Shown here: positions 1-12,700 of the stretch, in pieces
Layout: each line of letters opens with the position of its first letter
Numbering within the stretch: position 1 is the stretch's first letter
NCBI GenBank assembly: GCA_037379345.1
Contig: CM074518.1
Location: forward strand, 45,783,586-45,847,585
Origin: Perna viridis
Taxonomy: Eukaryota
Direction: 5' to 3'
Length of the DNA stretch: 64,000 bases
The notes under the pieces: generated by a model
What the model saw: the letters and a program-made list of their open reading frames with translations, nothing else
What the model was told of the DNA's origin: nothing
Databases searched by the model: none
Translations under genes and position numbers: made by a program

Positions 1-395
1 CTTTAACTGCCCAAGTCATTCTTTTTTCAAAACTCATTTCTCTGAAATTCTAAAAAAATAAATTTAAATATAAATTTAATATGGACATTAGGTGTTCAGC
101 ACAGTCGGTGTTGAGGAAGGACATTTACATCACTGGCCTATTTACCTATATCTGTATATATATAGAACCAATCATACTATCGCATTTCTGTGCTTTTGTG
201 ATACGGACTCTTCAAATGTATATTTGGGTTGTATCCGGTATATCGTATTCATTTAGTAGAGATCGACGTGTCTTGGATATATCGCTTTATGACCAAATTC
301 GAGCGCTCTCTGTACAAAGTGGCATGCACGATGATAGGCTACGTGATCAATAACAGATGATGTACGAGACTAATCTATCAATTCGAATATTTCAG

Positions 396-546
396 GATAT
401 AGATATATACACTGCTACCAAGGATGATCTCAAATTTGACGCCCCGTTCCATCTCCAATGTAAGGAGGGTAGCAAAATAAGTGGACTGTGCACATACTTC
501 AATGTTGAATTCAATAACTGTACACCACAAATCGGTTTCACTACAG
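396..546 (+). CDS. PRMT1-like exon (DIDIYT...YFNVEF...GFTT)
   Basis: ttcag acceptor ending at 395, gtaaaa donor at 547; resembles PRMT1 EVDIYT...YFNIEF...GFST. Confidence 0.88.
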
Positions 547-3500
547 GTAAAAAACAAAATCAGTCAACCTTAACTCTAATCAGGGATCAGTTTTTCCTCT
601 GATAATTACAAATCAGCCAACCATGATATTGATCATTGGATCATTTGTTCCGTTTAATCAAAAACTAGCCAAACATAAAATGCATTGCAGAACAGATTTT
701 CTTCTGGTTATTTCATTAATCAGTCAATCATGACATTATACTTATATTCCTCTGATAGATTTGACAACAGTAAATATATTCATTCGACGATCGTTCACAC
801 GGATTTGATAATTTAAGTAAAATGAAATACGAATTACCGTTTTTATTAAAAAATAACTTTATAGTGATGTATCATTTGGTTGTAGTGTAAAGGCTTGAAA
901 AGGGTAGAAATACTTAAGTTTCAAACGACTAGAATTTCGTGGATGAAACGAAGCTAGGAAAAAGAAAAGAAGAAAGCAAAGAAAAAAGGGGGGAGATCGC
1001 ATAACGCAAAAGAATACGTTTCGTCTTGTTTATACCTGAGTATCTGACAAGTATCACTGACATGATCTCTACTAAAATGACAAGACGTTCTTCAAAGACT
1101 TAAATCACAAGTATTCAAATCTCTAAGAAAAAACGTTGGGAATATAAAGCTAAACATCAGCAGAAACAAATATACGGCAATGTTAAAGTATGTTTTACTG
1201 TTATTTAGAAATTATTGCGAAAAATGGTATTACTTAAAATCGCAATAATCAGAAGTCGCATTTTGAAATTATCGAGATATGTAATGCGAGATTTTTCTCA
1301 AATTCGCATGAATTATAATCGCTTTTGCGACTGAATAAATTCAGAATTTACGATATGTGATTTAACGTCCTTAAAACAGATCAGTAAAAAGACCAGTAAT
1401 TATTTTACACATGTAAAAAAGTATCAAAAATACGACTTTAGTATAATTTATTGTAATATACAATGAAAGAAACCTAGACATAGCACATGTTATTGAATAT
1501 GAAATTCCTATAAGCTCCAGAGGCAACATTAACCCACTGGTCACAGACCGTATTTCCTTGTCACGGTGGAAATATTGACGTCATCACTGGAGACGTACTG
1601 TATGGAGTGTTTGACCTGAAATATTCTAAGCATAACGAGGTATGTAAGAGTCATAAACGGAACCAAGGTTATAGCGGTAATCAAAAGAATGTAATCCTGG
1701 GACAAAGACCAGACACGGAAAACAGACATATACAACAAAGAACATAAAGTAACTAAAATCATACATACAAAGTAACAAAAGCGAATGAGCAACTCGGACT
1801 CCACTAAAAACTGGGAGCATGGACCAGGTGCACCGGTAGGGTAAGCGTCCTCTGCTTTTCTAGAAACACCCACCGAGTTGCTCATAAAAAGTCAAGTCCG
1901 GGGTAGACAAACGAGGAAAGGAAAACTATGACCCGTTGAATAAATCAGTATTCATGGTGCAGATGGATACACCATAATGATCGACGAGTTCATGATGACG
2001 ACCATCAAACTTCTGTAGTGATGACTTCAATCTTGTAGCAACATAACCCTATTCCAGAAGCTCTAGCGCAATACAAAAAGTCAGCATAGTTTCGGCAAGC
2101 TGTGGCATAACGTATGAGTTGTGATATGAACACTCCATATGCAGGTGCTGAATGGAAGAAAGGAAAGTTGACAATTCTGAATGAAAAGTCATCAAGTTTT
2201 TCTAAAGTTTGGTCAATAATTTTCCTTTACCATCGATTTCTAAGTGTAGGTCAAGATATGAGGCTGACTCCACAGTGTCTGTAGTATCCTTTATCTCAAG
2301 TTCTTTGGGGTAGATGCGATGTATCAAATCCCCGAAATCAGGATTGTTTAAAGATAATACGTCATCTATAGCGGAAACTGAGATGTAAATCACCAATGCC
2401 AATAATCGAAATGAAAAGGGGTAATAGTTTTTTTTGTATTATGACTTAAGGTAGTAGACCTGGGGTAAAGGGAGGTAATCAAAATTGAAATTATTTTAGT
2501 CACTAGAGCGTTTGAATGACTTCTAATATGCAAGCTTCAAAGTGATACCGATGTTAAAGGGAAATAACTCCAAGAAAGGGTTCAACTTCTAGAACAAAGA
2601 TGCCAGCGCCAGTAACTGCTCTTTTGAAGTATTGATTGAATGTTTCAAATGGGTACATTGAGCAGACCCATCGAAATTTTTTTAAGCACATCTGACATTC
2701 GGTCAGACACAAGGTGATGACTTGTCTGACCGAACGACAATTTGACTGACCGAAAGGACGAAATGACGTGTAGCGAATGAACCGGAAGTTACATATTATT
2801 GTTTACAATCAAATTGATTGACTATTTCGGTAGACTGTAGACTAATTCACGTAATTATTAAAACGTTCTAGTTTTATTATTCACAAAAACCTCTTCAGTT
2901 TTGAGAAAATCTTCTTTAACGTAAGAAAAAAGCATCGGACACCCGGGCCGACAAGCAACGTGTATTTACCGGACCCGGGACAATTTTACCGGACAGGTCC
3001 GACGGTCCGGCAGGTTTCGATGGGTCTGCATTGAGGAATATATTTTATGAGGTGGGAAAACATTTGAAATGATACTACCTTTTGATATAATATTAAAATT
3101 GAAATATGAAATGATCTCTGTCATGAGACAATACGGCTAACCAATAACATTGCCAGTTCTTAACCTTTTAGAGTTTAAAAAAATATACATTTTCTTTAAT
3201 TCCTTGTAAGACTTTAAGCTTTCTGTTTTCACTTTATTGCTTTAAAGTTTGTTCAGCATATGACTGTATCTAGCATTGAACTACGTTTAGCATATATAAG
3301 TTTGTCTCTTCGTGCAGTATAAATATTTGTGTGACATTAATTTGCAACAGTAGTTGACTCAAGCTGTGCCTGACAATACTCTTTCCTCAAAATAAGTCAT
3401 CATAATTTGATACTTTGTAACCTTATTGAATATTAACAGAATTTTAGCCATAATGATTAATTATAAAAAATATATATCAATGCCTTACCCTACTATCATT

Positions 3501-5856
3501 AAACGTTTGTTTGTTTGTTTGTTGGGGTTTAACGTCCGAGCAGCAATATTTCAGCTATATTCAAACGATGAACATGAAATGATGATAAAATGAAAAAGGG
3601 ACGGGACACAAGGACAATGGGGGGTCGACAAATTTTGATTGCCACTGGAGATAGGGAGAGGTGGGTAGGGTCAGGTAATTTAGCCTCCTGTGGCGGAGCC
3701 CTATGGTTCCTACTCCTGGAGAATACCACAGTAGGGTTCTTTAACGTGCGAGGAACGTGGAATCTTTCCCAACACGGTGCACCACTACGGTTTGCAGTCA
3801 GGTTTTCCGTATTATAGCCTGACAACCCTAGCATGTAACACGCCAGGGGTACCCCATTCCACCACCTGGGGCACACATCCCAGTTGCTCTGTGAGCAGAG
3901 CGCCCTAGCCCCCGGCTAGGGTTCTGAGAGCACTATTAAGTCGCCTTTTACGACAAGCTTAGCGCTGCTGCAGGCCTATTCTTTTAACCCCCGGACATGC
4001 ACGGGGGTACTATCATTAAAACATTTAAAGAAAACTACACGGTGAATTTTTCTGAAAATTTATTTATTGATTTGCATATGAATAGTCCATATAATATCAG
4101 TTCTGTACGAAAATTGAATAATAAATTGTTGGCAAAATAGAGGTTTTTATATAAACCAATCGCTGAAAATGACCCCCCTTTTTTATTTTGGTAAATTAAA
4201 AGCCTAGTATCTCTTTTACAAAATGGAAAGAATAGAATTGGATATTAAATCTGATATATTAATTCTTTTAAAGTGTATTTGACTTAATATTCAGGTCTTT
4301 ATTTAAATGTATTGTCAAATGACCCTAAAATACCAGATATGGTTCAGTTTGGCCAATGATTCAGATAAAAAAAATAGCAATATTTTAGTCTTCATTGTTC
4401 AAAATCTGCAGGTGAATTTTCTTAAAAATGTGACAAATGATGCGCCGCAGTTATTGTTGTATAATGTACAAATTTGAAGAAAATTGAATCATGGGAAAAT
4501 TTTGGGGGTACCCCAGGTCTACTACTTTAACTTGATCAATTTTTACAATAGTTCTTTTTCCCATTCAGTGGAATATATTACTATTAATTCACGACCTGTT
4601 AACTGATTAAAGTACTCGAAGTAAAACTACAGGTAGTAAGAAGCACTTATTTGTTCTGCATTTCACAATACAAGTAGCAACAAAAACAAAAAAAATCCAA
4701 ACACCTACATTTAAATACCACTCCATATAAACTTCAGACACTGCCAATTGCAAAGGTGGTTCATACTGCAGTAAAAAAACACACCGGACAAACGATTCTG
4801 TTTCAATCAGCATACATTATAATTCTATATAACATCGTCATTTTCTGCATACAGACCTGTAATTTGGAGACAACCACGCTTCATCTCTCATTTAAAGCTA
4901 AAACAAGAACGTTAACTCTTGCAAATTGCCAATTTTATGAACTATCTTTATAATTTTTATTTGGAGAATGCATCAACCAAATGAGACACTAAGACTGGTT
5001 ATACACAACCAAATTTGCTACATATGATAATCATATGTTTTAGAACATATGGTTATCATATGAATCGAGCGTGATATGATAATCAAATGATTCATGTTTC
5101 ATATGATCATCACATGATTATCATAAATTATGATAATCTTATGTGTTTTTTTTACAAACATATGATTATCATATGTTTAACATATAGGAATCATATGATA
5201 ACCATGCCTATGCATATCGTATGTAAATTACAAATGTGAGACTCGTATGATAACCATAGAATTATCATATGAATCGAGCACCATGATATGTGGGACATTT
5301 GGCTGTGTATTGTCTGTGATATGTGGGACATTTGGCTGTGTATTATCTGTGTATGAATAAGAAATAGAAGTACTAAGGAATCTAGTGTTTTTTTCACAAA
5401 TCAGCCCCTGTCTGATGTTTATGAAGACTGTTACTACACACAACTCTTGTGCTCTATTTAAGCACTCATTTGTAAAAACAAAGCAAACAAATAAACAAAC
5501 CATGACACATACATATCATTTAACTACCTCAAATCGTTTTTAAGTTGTACGACGTATGTACACACGGATGGACAGACAAAATAACGCACAGCGATACACG
5601 AATGTCCGTCAAAAGATAATCGTATAAAAAGATTGATGTAGAAAAAATAAAATTTAAAAAAAATCAAAGTACAAATACAATACACATCCTTTTAAAAAGC
5701 ACTTGAGTTATATTTCCATTCTTTAAAAATAAATAATTGATTATTCTACTTGTGTTTCAGAGGTTTTTGTACATACATTTAGATTTATCTCTAGAAAGTT
5801 CGGCATGTAAAGAGAAAAACAGAACTGTTTTCACAAGAAAAGAGTTTTGGATATAA
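396..5856 (+). CDS. PRMT1/PRMT8-like protein arginine N-methyltransferase, 3' part (last three exons: 396-546, 1515-1639, 5761-5856); 5' part lies outside the window
   Basis: Spliced translation DIDIYTATKDDLKFDAPFHLQCK...YFNVEF...GFTT/APEATLTHWSQTVF.../RFLYIHLDL...FWI* matches the type I PRMT beta-barrel and THW loop. All introns are GT-AG and the phases are consistent (0,1,0). Confidence 0.85.
1515..1639 (+). CDS. PRMT1-like exon with THW loop (APEATLTHWSQTVFPCHGGNIDVITGDVLYGVFDLKYSKHNE)
   Basis: taag acceptor, gtatgt donor at 1640, THW motif; not in the ORF track. Confidence 0.85.
1646..2374 (-). mobile_element. Penelope-like retroelement (Naiad-type), 5'-truncated copy
   Basis: RT C-terminal peptide IDDVLSLNNPDFGDLIHRIYPKELEIKDTT... 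plus the family 3' UTR. Confidence 0.8.
2663..3028. mobile_element. MITE with 14-bp TIRs and a 7-bp TSD
   Basis: cagacccatcgaaa / tttcgatgggtctg; cattgag duplicated at 2656-2662 and 3029-3035. Confidence 0.8.
3504..4007 (-). mobile_element. SINE-like retroelement, copy 1, with (CAAA)n tail
   Basis: 13-bp TSD tactatcattaaa (3491-3503, 4008-4020); homologous to 24831-25339; contains a gcacgttaaagaaccc core. Confidence 0.85.
5001..5349. mobile_element. MITE-like element with palindrome-rich interior and a 33-bp duplication of its right end
   Basis: TIR atacacaaccaaat / atttggctgtgtat; repeated catatgataatcatatg-type motifs; 5284-5316 repeated at 5317-5349. Confidence 0.6.
5761..5856 (+). CDS. 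PRMT1-like terminal exon (RFLYIHLDLSLESSACKEKNRTVFTRKEFWI*)
   Basis: tgtgtttcag acceptor, phase 0; resembles the PRMT1 RDLDFTIDL... last exon; AATAAA at 6166. Confidence 0.75.
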   Translation, partial: RFLYIHLDLSLESSACKEKNRTVFTRKEFWI

Positions 5857-6165
5857 TATTATACAGAAAAGAAGAATTGAAGAAATTGAAGAAAAAAAAC
5901 GCTTTTCATTTGAAGCTTAAATGTTAAAGCACATTATTACTCTGTATATTGAAGGACTTTGTTACCTTTAAAAATGTCAAGTAGATCAAAACTAGTACAC
6001 GGTATTACACGGATCATTCTTTTCTCTCGTCTTGCAAAATCATACAGAAGTATGTATTTTCAATAGGTAAATATTATGTGAAAAGAGGCAAAAATATTTT
6101 TTTAAATTATTCAAAAATACACAATTAACGTCAATGTTTATTACAAAAACTCTTCAATGCTTTCT

Positions 6166-6171
6166 AATAAA
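6166..6171 (+). terminator. putative polyadenylation signal of the PRMT-like gene
   Basis: AATAAA about 310 nt after the stop codon. Confidence 0.4.
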
Positions 6172-6594
6172 TAAAAAAAAACCATCTTATCATGCTGAAT
6201 AAACACTGTCGTATCTAATTGAATTTTCTTTCGCATTGTACTTTCCTCTGTTTGACCTTAAGTTGAGTATTAGATATCTAGATTACACAGCTGATTATTA
6301 TATTATTGACCCAACAAATTGGTCAGTCATAAAATTATGATTATTGTCACTCGCTGACATATTCAATGTCGGACAAACACAAGAAATCAAGCGTTTTATG
6401 ACAAAGTTGTAGGATCGGGATTAATGTGTTGTTTTATTTCCCCCCTCGCGGAACAATGTGAACATCCCGTCTAAAATGTAGTCAGTGGGAGAAACAATAT
6501 CACCAAATGCAAAGCAAAACATCTCGGGATTATTTTATTTGTGCAAAATGAAGGATTATACAATTATATAATTAATTCTATCTTAAACTGTACA

Positions 6595-6787
6595 ATGGCA
6601 GCGGACCTTCTACCTTTCATGTCTTTAGTGGCTAATTTACGATGTAATCTGATACCACATGTACACAATCAGCATTATTTCTTTCAACCTTACAACGACG
6701 GAAAATATAAAGGGTACACTCTTCAATGTTGCCCTAAAGGGAAAGTGTTCATGGAAAAATACTGCAGTTGTCTCCCCCCATTCGCAG
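6595..6787 (+). CDS. Gene A putative first exon, Cys module (CNLIPH...LQCCPKGKVFMEKYCSC)
   Basis: ATG at 6595, phase-1 donor gtttgt at 6788; Cys spacing resembles the third chitin-binding-like module of both genes. Confidence 0.6.
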
Positions 6788-9700
6788 GTTTGTTTTCATA
6801 AATAATCTAATCTTAACTTAAAATATAGAAAATTAACCAAACTGACACGCATATACAGAAGTAAAGGAAAGGGATTTATTTTTCAATCTATATTTTTGTT
6901 GGCTGTTTTAAAAAAAATAAATATATATAATCCAACGTGTATATAAGCTCTTCTTTCGAAATTTCTTTTTTTAAATGATATTTTTTCTCATTTACACATG
7001 TGTGAACAAAATCGAAAACACTGCTTATACTGAATTATTTATAAATTAAGAAGTTTAATTGCAACGAACTAATGGATCACCTTGTCTCATCGAAATGATG
7101 GCGAGAAATCATGTCAGTGCTATAAATAAAATGAATTAAAATGTATTCAAAACGTATTTTAATAGTCATTAATATTAACATTTCCAGGTTTGTTATTGAA
7201 TGCATTCAACTTTTTAGATAAAACATTTGAACGACAATCCATGAGAACGAAACCAGTCAAAACCGCAATAATCTTAACATTAGTTTATGTATTCTTGTAT
7301 GTCAATCATCAGGGTATTATAAAACAAAGTACCGGTATAATGCCGACAGTGTATTCCAATAAATGCTATCCGTTTCATTCACGGGGAATGATTTAGAGGG
7401 GTAATAAAGTATATATTGGTCATAGTTTTCCTGGTCACTGGTTTAGTTTATGGCTCTAAATATGTCAGACCCCTTGAAACAGGAAAGGAGATTTTTTGTA
7501 ATGCATGATATGAGAACACGACGACAAGAATATTGTTTAATGAATAAATGTATCGCACAAGCACAACATGATATGGCATCACAAAGATTGTGAAGAATGA
7601 CAAGTACCGAACAATGGATGGCAGAAAACAAATCACATGATATAAAAGTTGTTGTTTTCCAGGCAGTGTTAAAAATATTTTTTGGAATTATCTAGTGAGC
7701 TTTTCAACGTGTCATAGTTTTCCTTTCCTCTTTCGTCTACCCCGGACTTCACTTTTTATGAGCAATTCGGCGGGTGCTCCCAGTTTTTAGTGGAGTCCGA
7801 GTTCCTCATTTGCTTTTGTTACTTTGTATGTTTTGTTTTAGTTACTTTATGTTCATTGTTGTGTATATCTGTTTTCCATGTCTTTTCTTTGTCCCTTGAC
7901 TACATTCTTTTGATTACCACTAGAACCTTTGTTTCCTTGATTACTCTTTCAGAAGTAAAATTGATAAAGTACATTTAGTTTTGTAGTATTTGGACATAAA
8001 CATATATTTGTAGGCTTTTTTTTAAATTAAAAAAATGCAAATAGGGCTCGTCAATACAAAATGATATTCAGCTTCGACACAATTTATATATCTTCATCTA
8101 TATTACAATAAAAATCAACTGCAACTGCAATATACTACCAAGTATATTTGACAAAAGACTGAAATTTAGATTACGTAAATATTTTTCATGTTCAAAGTTG
8201 AATTTACTTCAAGTGCAACTTTTCACAATCCCTTACAGATTCTTATTGATCATGGAAAAACTGTTTCTTGATTCTTAATTTGATCTATTCAAGATATATT
8301 TTACAGTTCCCTTGATTACTCTTTAATTGCATATCTGTAGTTTTAATATTCTACTAAGTGATGCACGCTATTCCTGAGAACAATCAGAAATAATTTCCAC
8401 AAATGAAGTTAAATAGTACAAATTGAGATACACACAGGCTTAGAAACAATGTTTCGGATTTAATATAAAGTCCGCAAATTTAAACAAATATTAATAAGAA
8501 GAAAATTAAATTTTTAAAAATGTTTTTGATATAATAAAGTTTCGTCTGTCGCCAAAACATCTACAATGCCCAATTAATATTGGAAATTGACAAACGATTT
8601 ACTAAAAAATGTTTTCCCAGTCGTAAAAAGCATTCATACGAAAATATTGTGCATACATCAATACAAAAACATAACCATTGTACAAAAACAAATACAAGGA
8701 ACAACATCGATTGAACGTAATTCATTTTCAAAGAATTCATTACATTGAAATTTATGTAAACAGGAATGCAGTACACATACAGAATAACATCGTGTATACA
8801 CCACCAATCTTATTTTTAAAATGGAGTTAATATGGTGAAAAATATTAATTCTTTTATATAAATTTTCCTTCCCAAGGTTCGGTCAATTGACAAATATGAT
8901 AAAGGGATTATGTTTGGCTTCTTACCTTGTGTTGGTCAGAACTCAAAGATAGAAAATTAACTAAATAATTTTGTTTTTTGATGAATTCGTAAAACCATCT
9001 CCCTTTAAAAGTGGATTAAAACTTTATTCATTTGATATGATGTATATGATAGTAATTCTGTCGTCGGTTCCTTTTTCTCTTGCGTCTACCCCGGACGTGA
9101 CATTTTATTAGCAACTAGGCTGGTGTTACTAGAAGCAGATGAGTTTTTTTGTTGAGTTTGGATTATTAATTTACTTCAGTTTCTTTGTACATGTTTGTTT
9201 TTACTAATTTAATGTGTGTGTATATTTCCCCTGTCTATTTGTTTATCCTTTAAATATGTTTTTTTTTAATTCCGCGTGAGTCTTTGTTTCTTTGATCACT
9301 CTTTTAACTTTATCAAAAGTTCGGTTATATGATGTATAGGTAATATTGTAATGAAAATGATTTTTGTCATATATAAAGCGACGATAATATAAGATTAATG
9401 AACTACATACATCAACTTAACTTAACATTAAAAACTTGATTTCCACACAATAAATATTTCTCTACAGGTTCTATTACGAAAATGTATATTCACTTGTGAT
9501 TTAAATCAGTTGTACAAAAATGGCTAAATAATATTCTTGTATATAGTTTAAGCACCAGTTGATTCGCCAGTAACATTTTGTTTGAGAACATAAGTTGATA
9601 TTGTCATTAAGTGTAAGGATAATAAACAAAAATATTGCGTTTGCAAAATAATAAAAAAACTATAGGGATACAATTCAAGACAGCCGTGGACAGACGTGGC

Positions 9701-12700
9701 GATCTGAGGGTCCGTAACATATGGTATGTAATTCCAGTCGGTAATATACAATAGGTCCCTGCCTTTAGTGTTTTCATTCCTTCAGCACTGTTATGGGTAT
9801 TAAAATGAAGTTATTGTTGTTTTTCATTTTATATTAATCATTGTATGAGTTCTACAACTGATTTCTGCCTATGGATTGACTATTGTACTAGAACTCGGTC
9901 TAGATAAACTAAAAGGACCATTTATCCTATAAATTCGAAACCTGCTCCTTTTAAAAACCAGACAGATCCTTTGATATGGCTGGTAGTAAATACATTTTAT
10001 GCCACCATTTTTTTTGTTTCAATGTTCACTTATTATGATGTCAGATAGAGCAGGGATTTTTCTGCTTTGAAAGTGGATTACTCGGAGAATAAGTTTAAAG
10101 TTCATAGAGAATTTAACCAAATTATGAGTAGCTTAAAGAGTTATTTTCCATTACTTCGGTATTATTTCATTTTATTTTCATAATTTCAGTTAATTACAAA
10201 TTAAAGCTCTTTTTTCAATTTCTAATTGATGATATTTTTTGAAAACATAATTTGCCATCCAACGCATGAGTACGCTCGTATTGACTTATTGGTCTTAAAA
10301 CTTTCAACAAGGTATATCAATAACAACTTTGTTAAACTAATAGGTAAGTTATTTCAGTAATATATCACAATGGATGACATTCTACTGGTTCAAGACTGGT
10401 ACATGTTCTACTCCTACACTTTGTTTTACAGGCCGCCGTCGAAGACCGGTTAATACTGTTCCATATAGTCCGAGTAAGTTAGATATTTATGGTCATTGGC
10501 CAGGCGAGATTTAATGTGGATGTTAGTTCAGAATAAGAAAAATCGTATTTTATCTTGTTTTGTGGATGTAAATGTATATTTCTAACCAGATTAAAAGAAC
10601 AACAACAGAATGCATGTGGTGTTAAAGGTTAAATTATTTTCTTAAAGACGTACGCATTTAAATTTACCACGAAATTGCTCATGTCGATATTGTAGACAGT
10701 CAACTCAAACACATACAAAACAGTGATAAACTGAAAAAACATAGTGGTCAACGCGACCAAATGAAAGTTAAAGTATTAAAACATAGTTCAGCTCTGTTAT
10801 TCAAAGATGGCACCGAAAAGAGAAACAACAATAGAAAAACAACTTGTACATTGAAAGCATTAAGCACACAGAAAATTGAGATAGTGTACAATAAGATTTA
10901 GGAACTGCTTTAAGTTTTGCTTTGACAAGATGCATGACGTGATTAAGTGTTTTGATTTATTATCGCTCATATTGTAATAACGTCTAAGTAAGAATGAATG
11001 TATAATTGTATTAAATTTCTTTTTTTTTCAGTGCCTTACATGAAATCCAAATCATCATCAAATGTGAATACATTGACAGACAACGCAATTCAGAATCAGC
11101 AAAGAAAAGTAAAAAACACAATTTCAAAGACAAGCAAAAATCTACACCAAAAGCTAAAACCATCAATCGTACCTAATGTTTACAATAAGTTAAAAAAAAG
11201 ATTTCCACCTTTGAACAAAAAACATTTCATCCAAAAGTATTCAATCAATAACAAAAGAAGGAAGCTTTTTCTTAATGATATAAAATCCCAAAGTAAGAAG
11301 TTCAGTAAAAAGTTAAAATTCTTCAAAAGTAAAGGAAACTTTAAACAAAGCAAAAAACAACCAAAAACAATGAATACTTTTCAAGAACCTTTTCTCCCCG
11401 TCTCCAGCATCGATTCCCGATTTAGTCTCGAAAGACAACAATTAGACTTTGTACGTAACAATATTGAAGCACGACTGTCGGATCGCCCATTTTTTTCAAC
11501 AAACAATTTCGGTGGTCATAATCAACGAACTTTTCAAAATACCATACCATTCGGTACAAATTTTAATTCCAATGGCGGTGGTAGCGCACTAGATCTGGAA
11601 GTATCACGTGATATTGCCAAGCCTGATGCAATCTTTGAAGTTTCTACCGACAACTTGTCTAATCAAGATACTCTAATTGACACGCGAACGAATGCCAATT
11701 CTCAAGGAAACGGTGATAATTTCGGTACTACCGGTGGCGTTGAAACTTTTAACGACCTTAATCTAAACAACAGGCTTGTCGGTGATACTTTCAATGGCCT
11801 AGGGGATTTAGGGATAGAAACATCAACAGAAAATACAGGCGGAATTGATACCCCGATGTCTGTAGGGGATAATGGAAGTCCAGGCGACCTTTTTATAGGT
11901 GACAATCAGCTACCTAGCTCTATTTTTGGGATCGACGGTAGCGCCTTTAGTGAAAACGTCAATCCTGGGTCAGCAGATCTAGGTATTGCTGAACAGACCG
12001 TCACACAATTTGGGGATGAATCGGCAGTTGGAATTGTAGATAACTCAAACCTGGACGGAATCTTTTCCGCCATTACGGGAACAGGAATTATCGGGAACAA
12101 TAAATTTGGTTCAATGATCAGTGATAGTTTTGGTAGCAGCGGTTCAGCCATTGGTTTCGATGGCAACAGTGGATTTCTCCCCTTACCTGATGGAAATGAC
12201 CCAACGGTAAAAAATGGAAATGCACCTAGTACAGAAAATATAGGATTTAGGTTAAAAGAATTCCAAAACATGAACAATAGAGAAAACAACTTTCAATCAG
12301 GTAAAAAGGATAAAAGTAGAAGCAGTCAAACTAGCAAACCAATAAAACATGTTTTGTTTTCTGGATTTGGTGCAAATGAAAATGCTTTCCTTAAGAATAA
12401 TGAAGCTTCAACTGCTCTTTCTGAAAAAGGAATAAATGTAGCTGGTGGAATTGCTAATTTAAAAGTAAATCCTAGTGGGAACATGAATTTGAAGAATGTC
12501 GGTGATAGCACGTTTCTACCGGTAGGAACAACCGGCATCATTAACAATAGTGAATTTAGGGCAGAAAGGCTTTCTCAAGTAAAGAAAATTGCACCAAATA
12601 TTAGAATTATAACCAGTGGCAACAATGATATCCGTGGTGTTACAGAAAAGACTATTATCCTGTCTAATACCAATGAAATACCAACTGCACCTCTCGCGGA

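Larger units (their letters stand above)
2450..4526. mobile_element. non-autonomous DNA transposon with TTAA flanks (Kolobok-like), carrying two nested inserts
   Basis: TIR ggtagtagacctggggta / taccccaggtctactact (18 bp, 1 mismatch); TTAA at 2446-2449 and 4527-4530. Confidence 0.75.

Noticed and set aside
1541-1885. Recurring small ORFs MSNSVGVSRKAEDAYPTGAPG... (also at 45149 and 50394) and MLPVFSGVRVAH...
   Set aside because: They lie in the PLE 3' UTR and are frameshifted among copies, so they are not a gene family
3529-3876. ORF MCPRWWNGVPLACYMLG... repeated at 24962
   Set aside because: Internal to the SINE-like element; the copies diverge by indels in the 3' half and there is no recognisable domain
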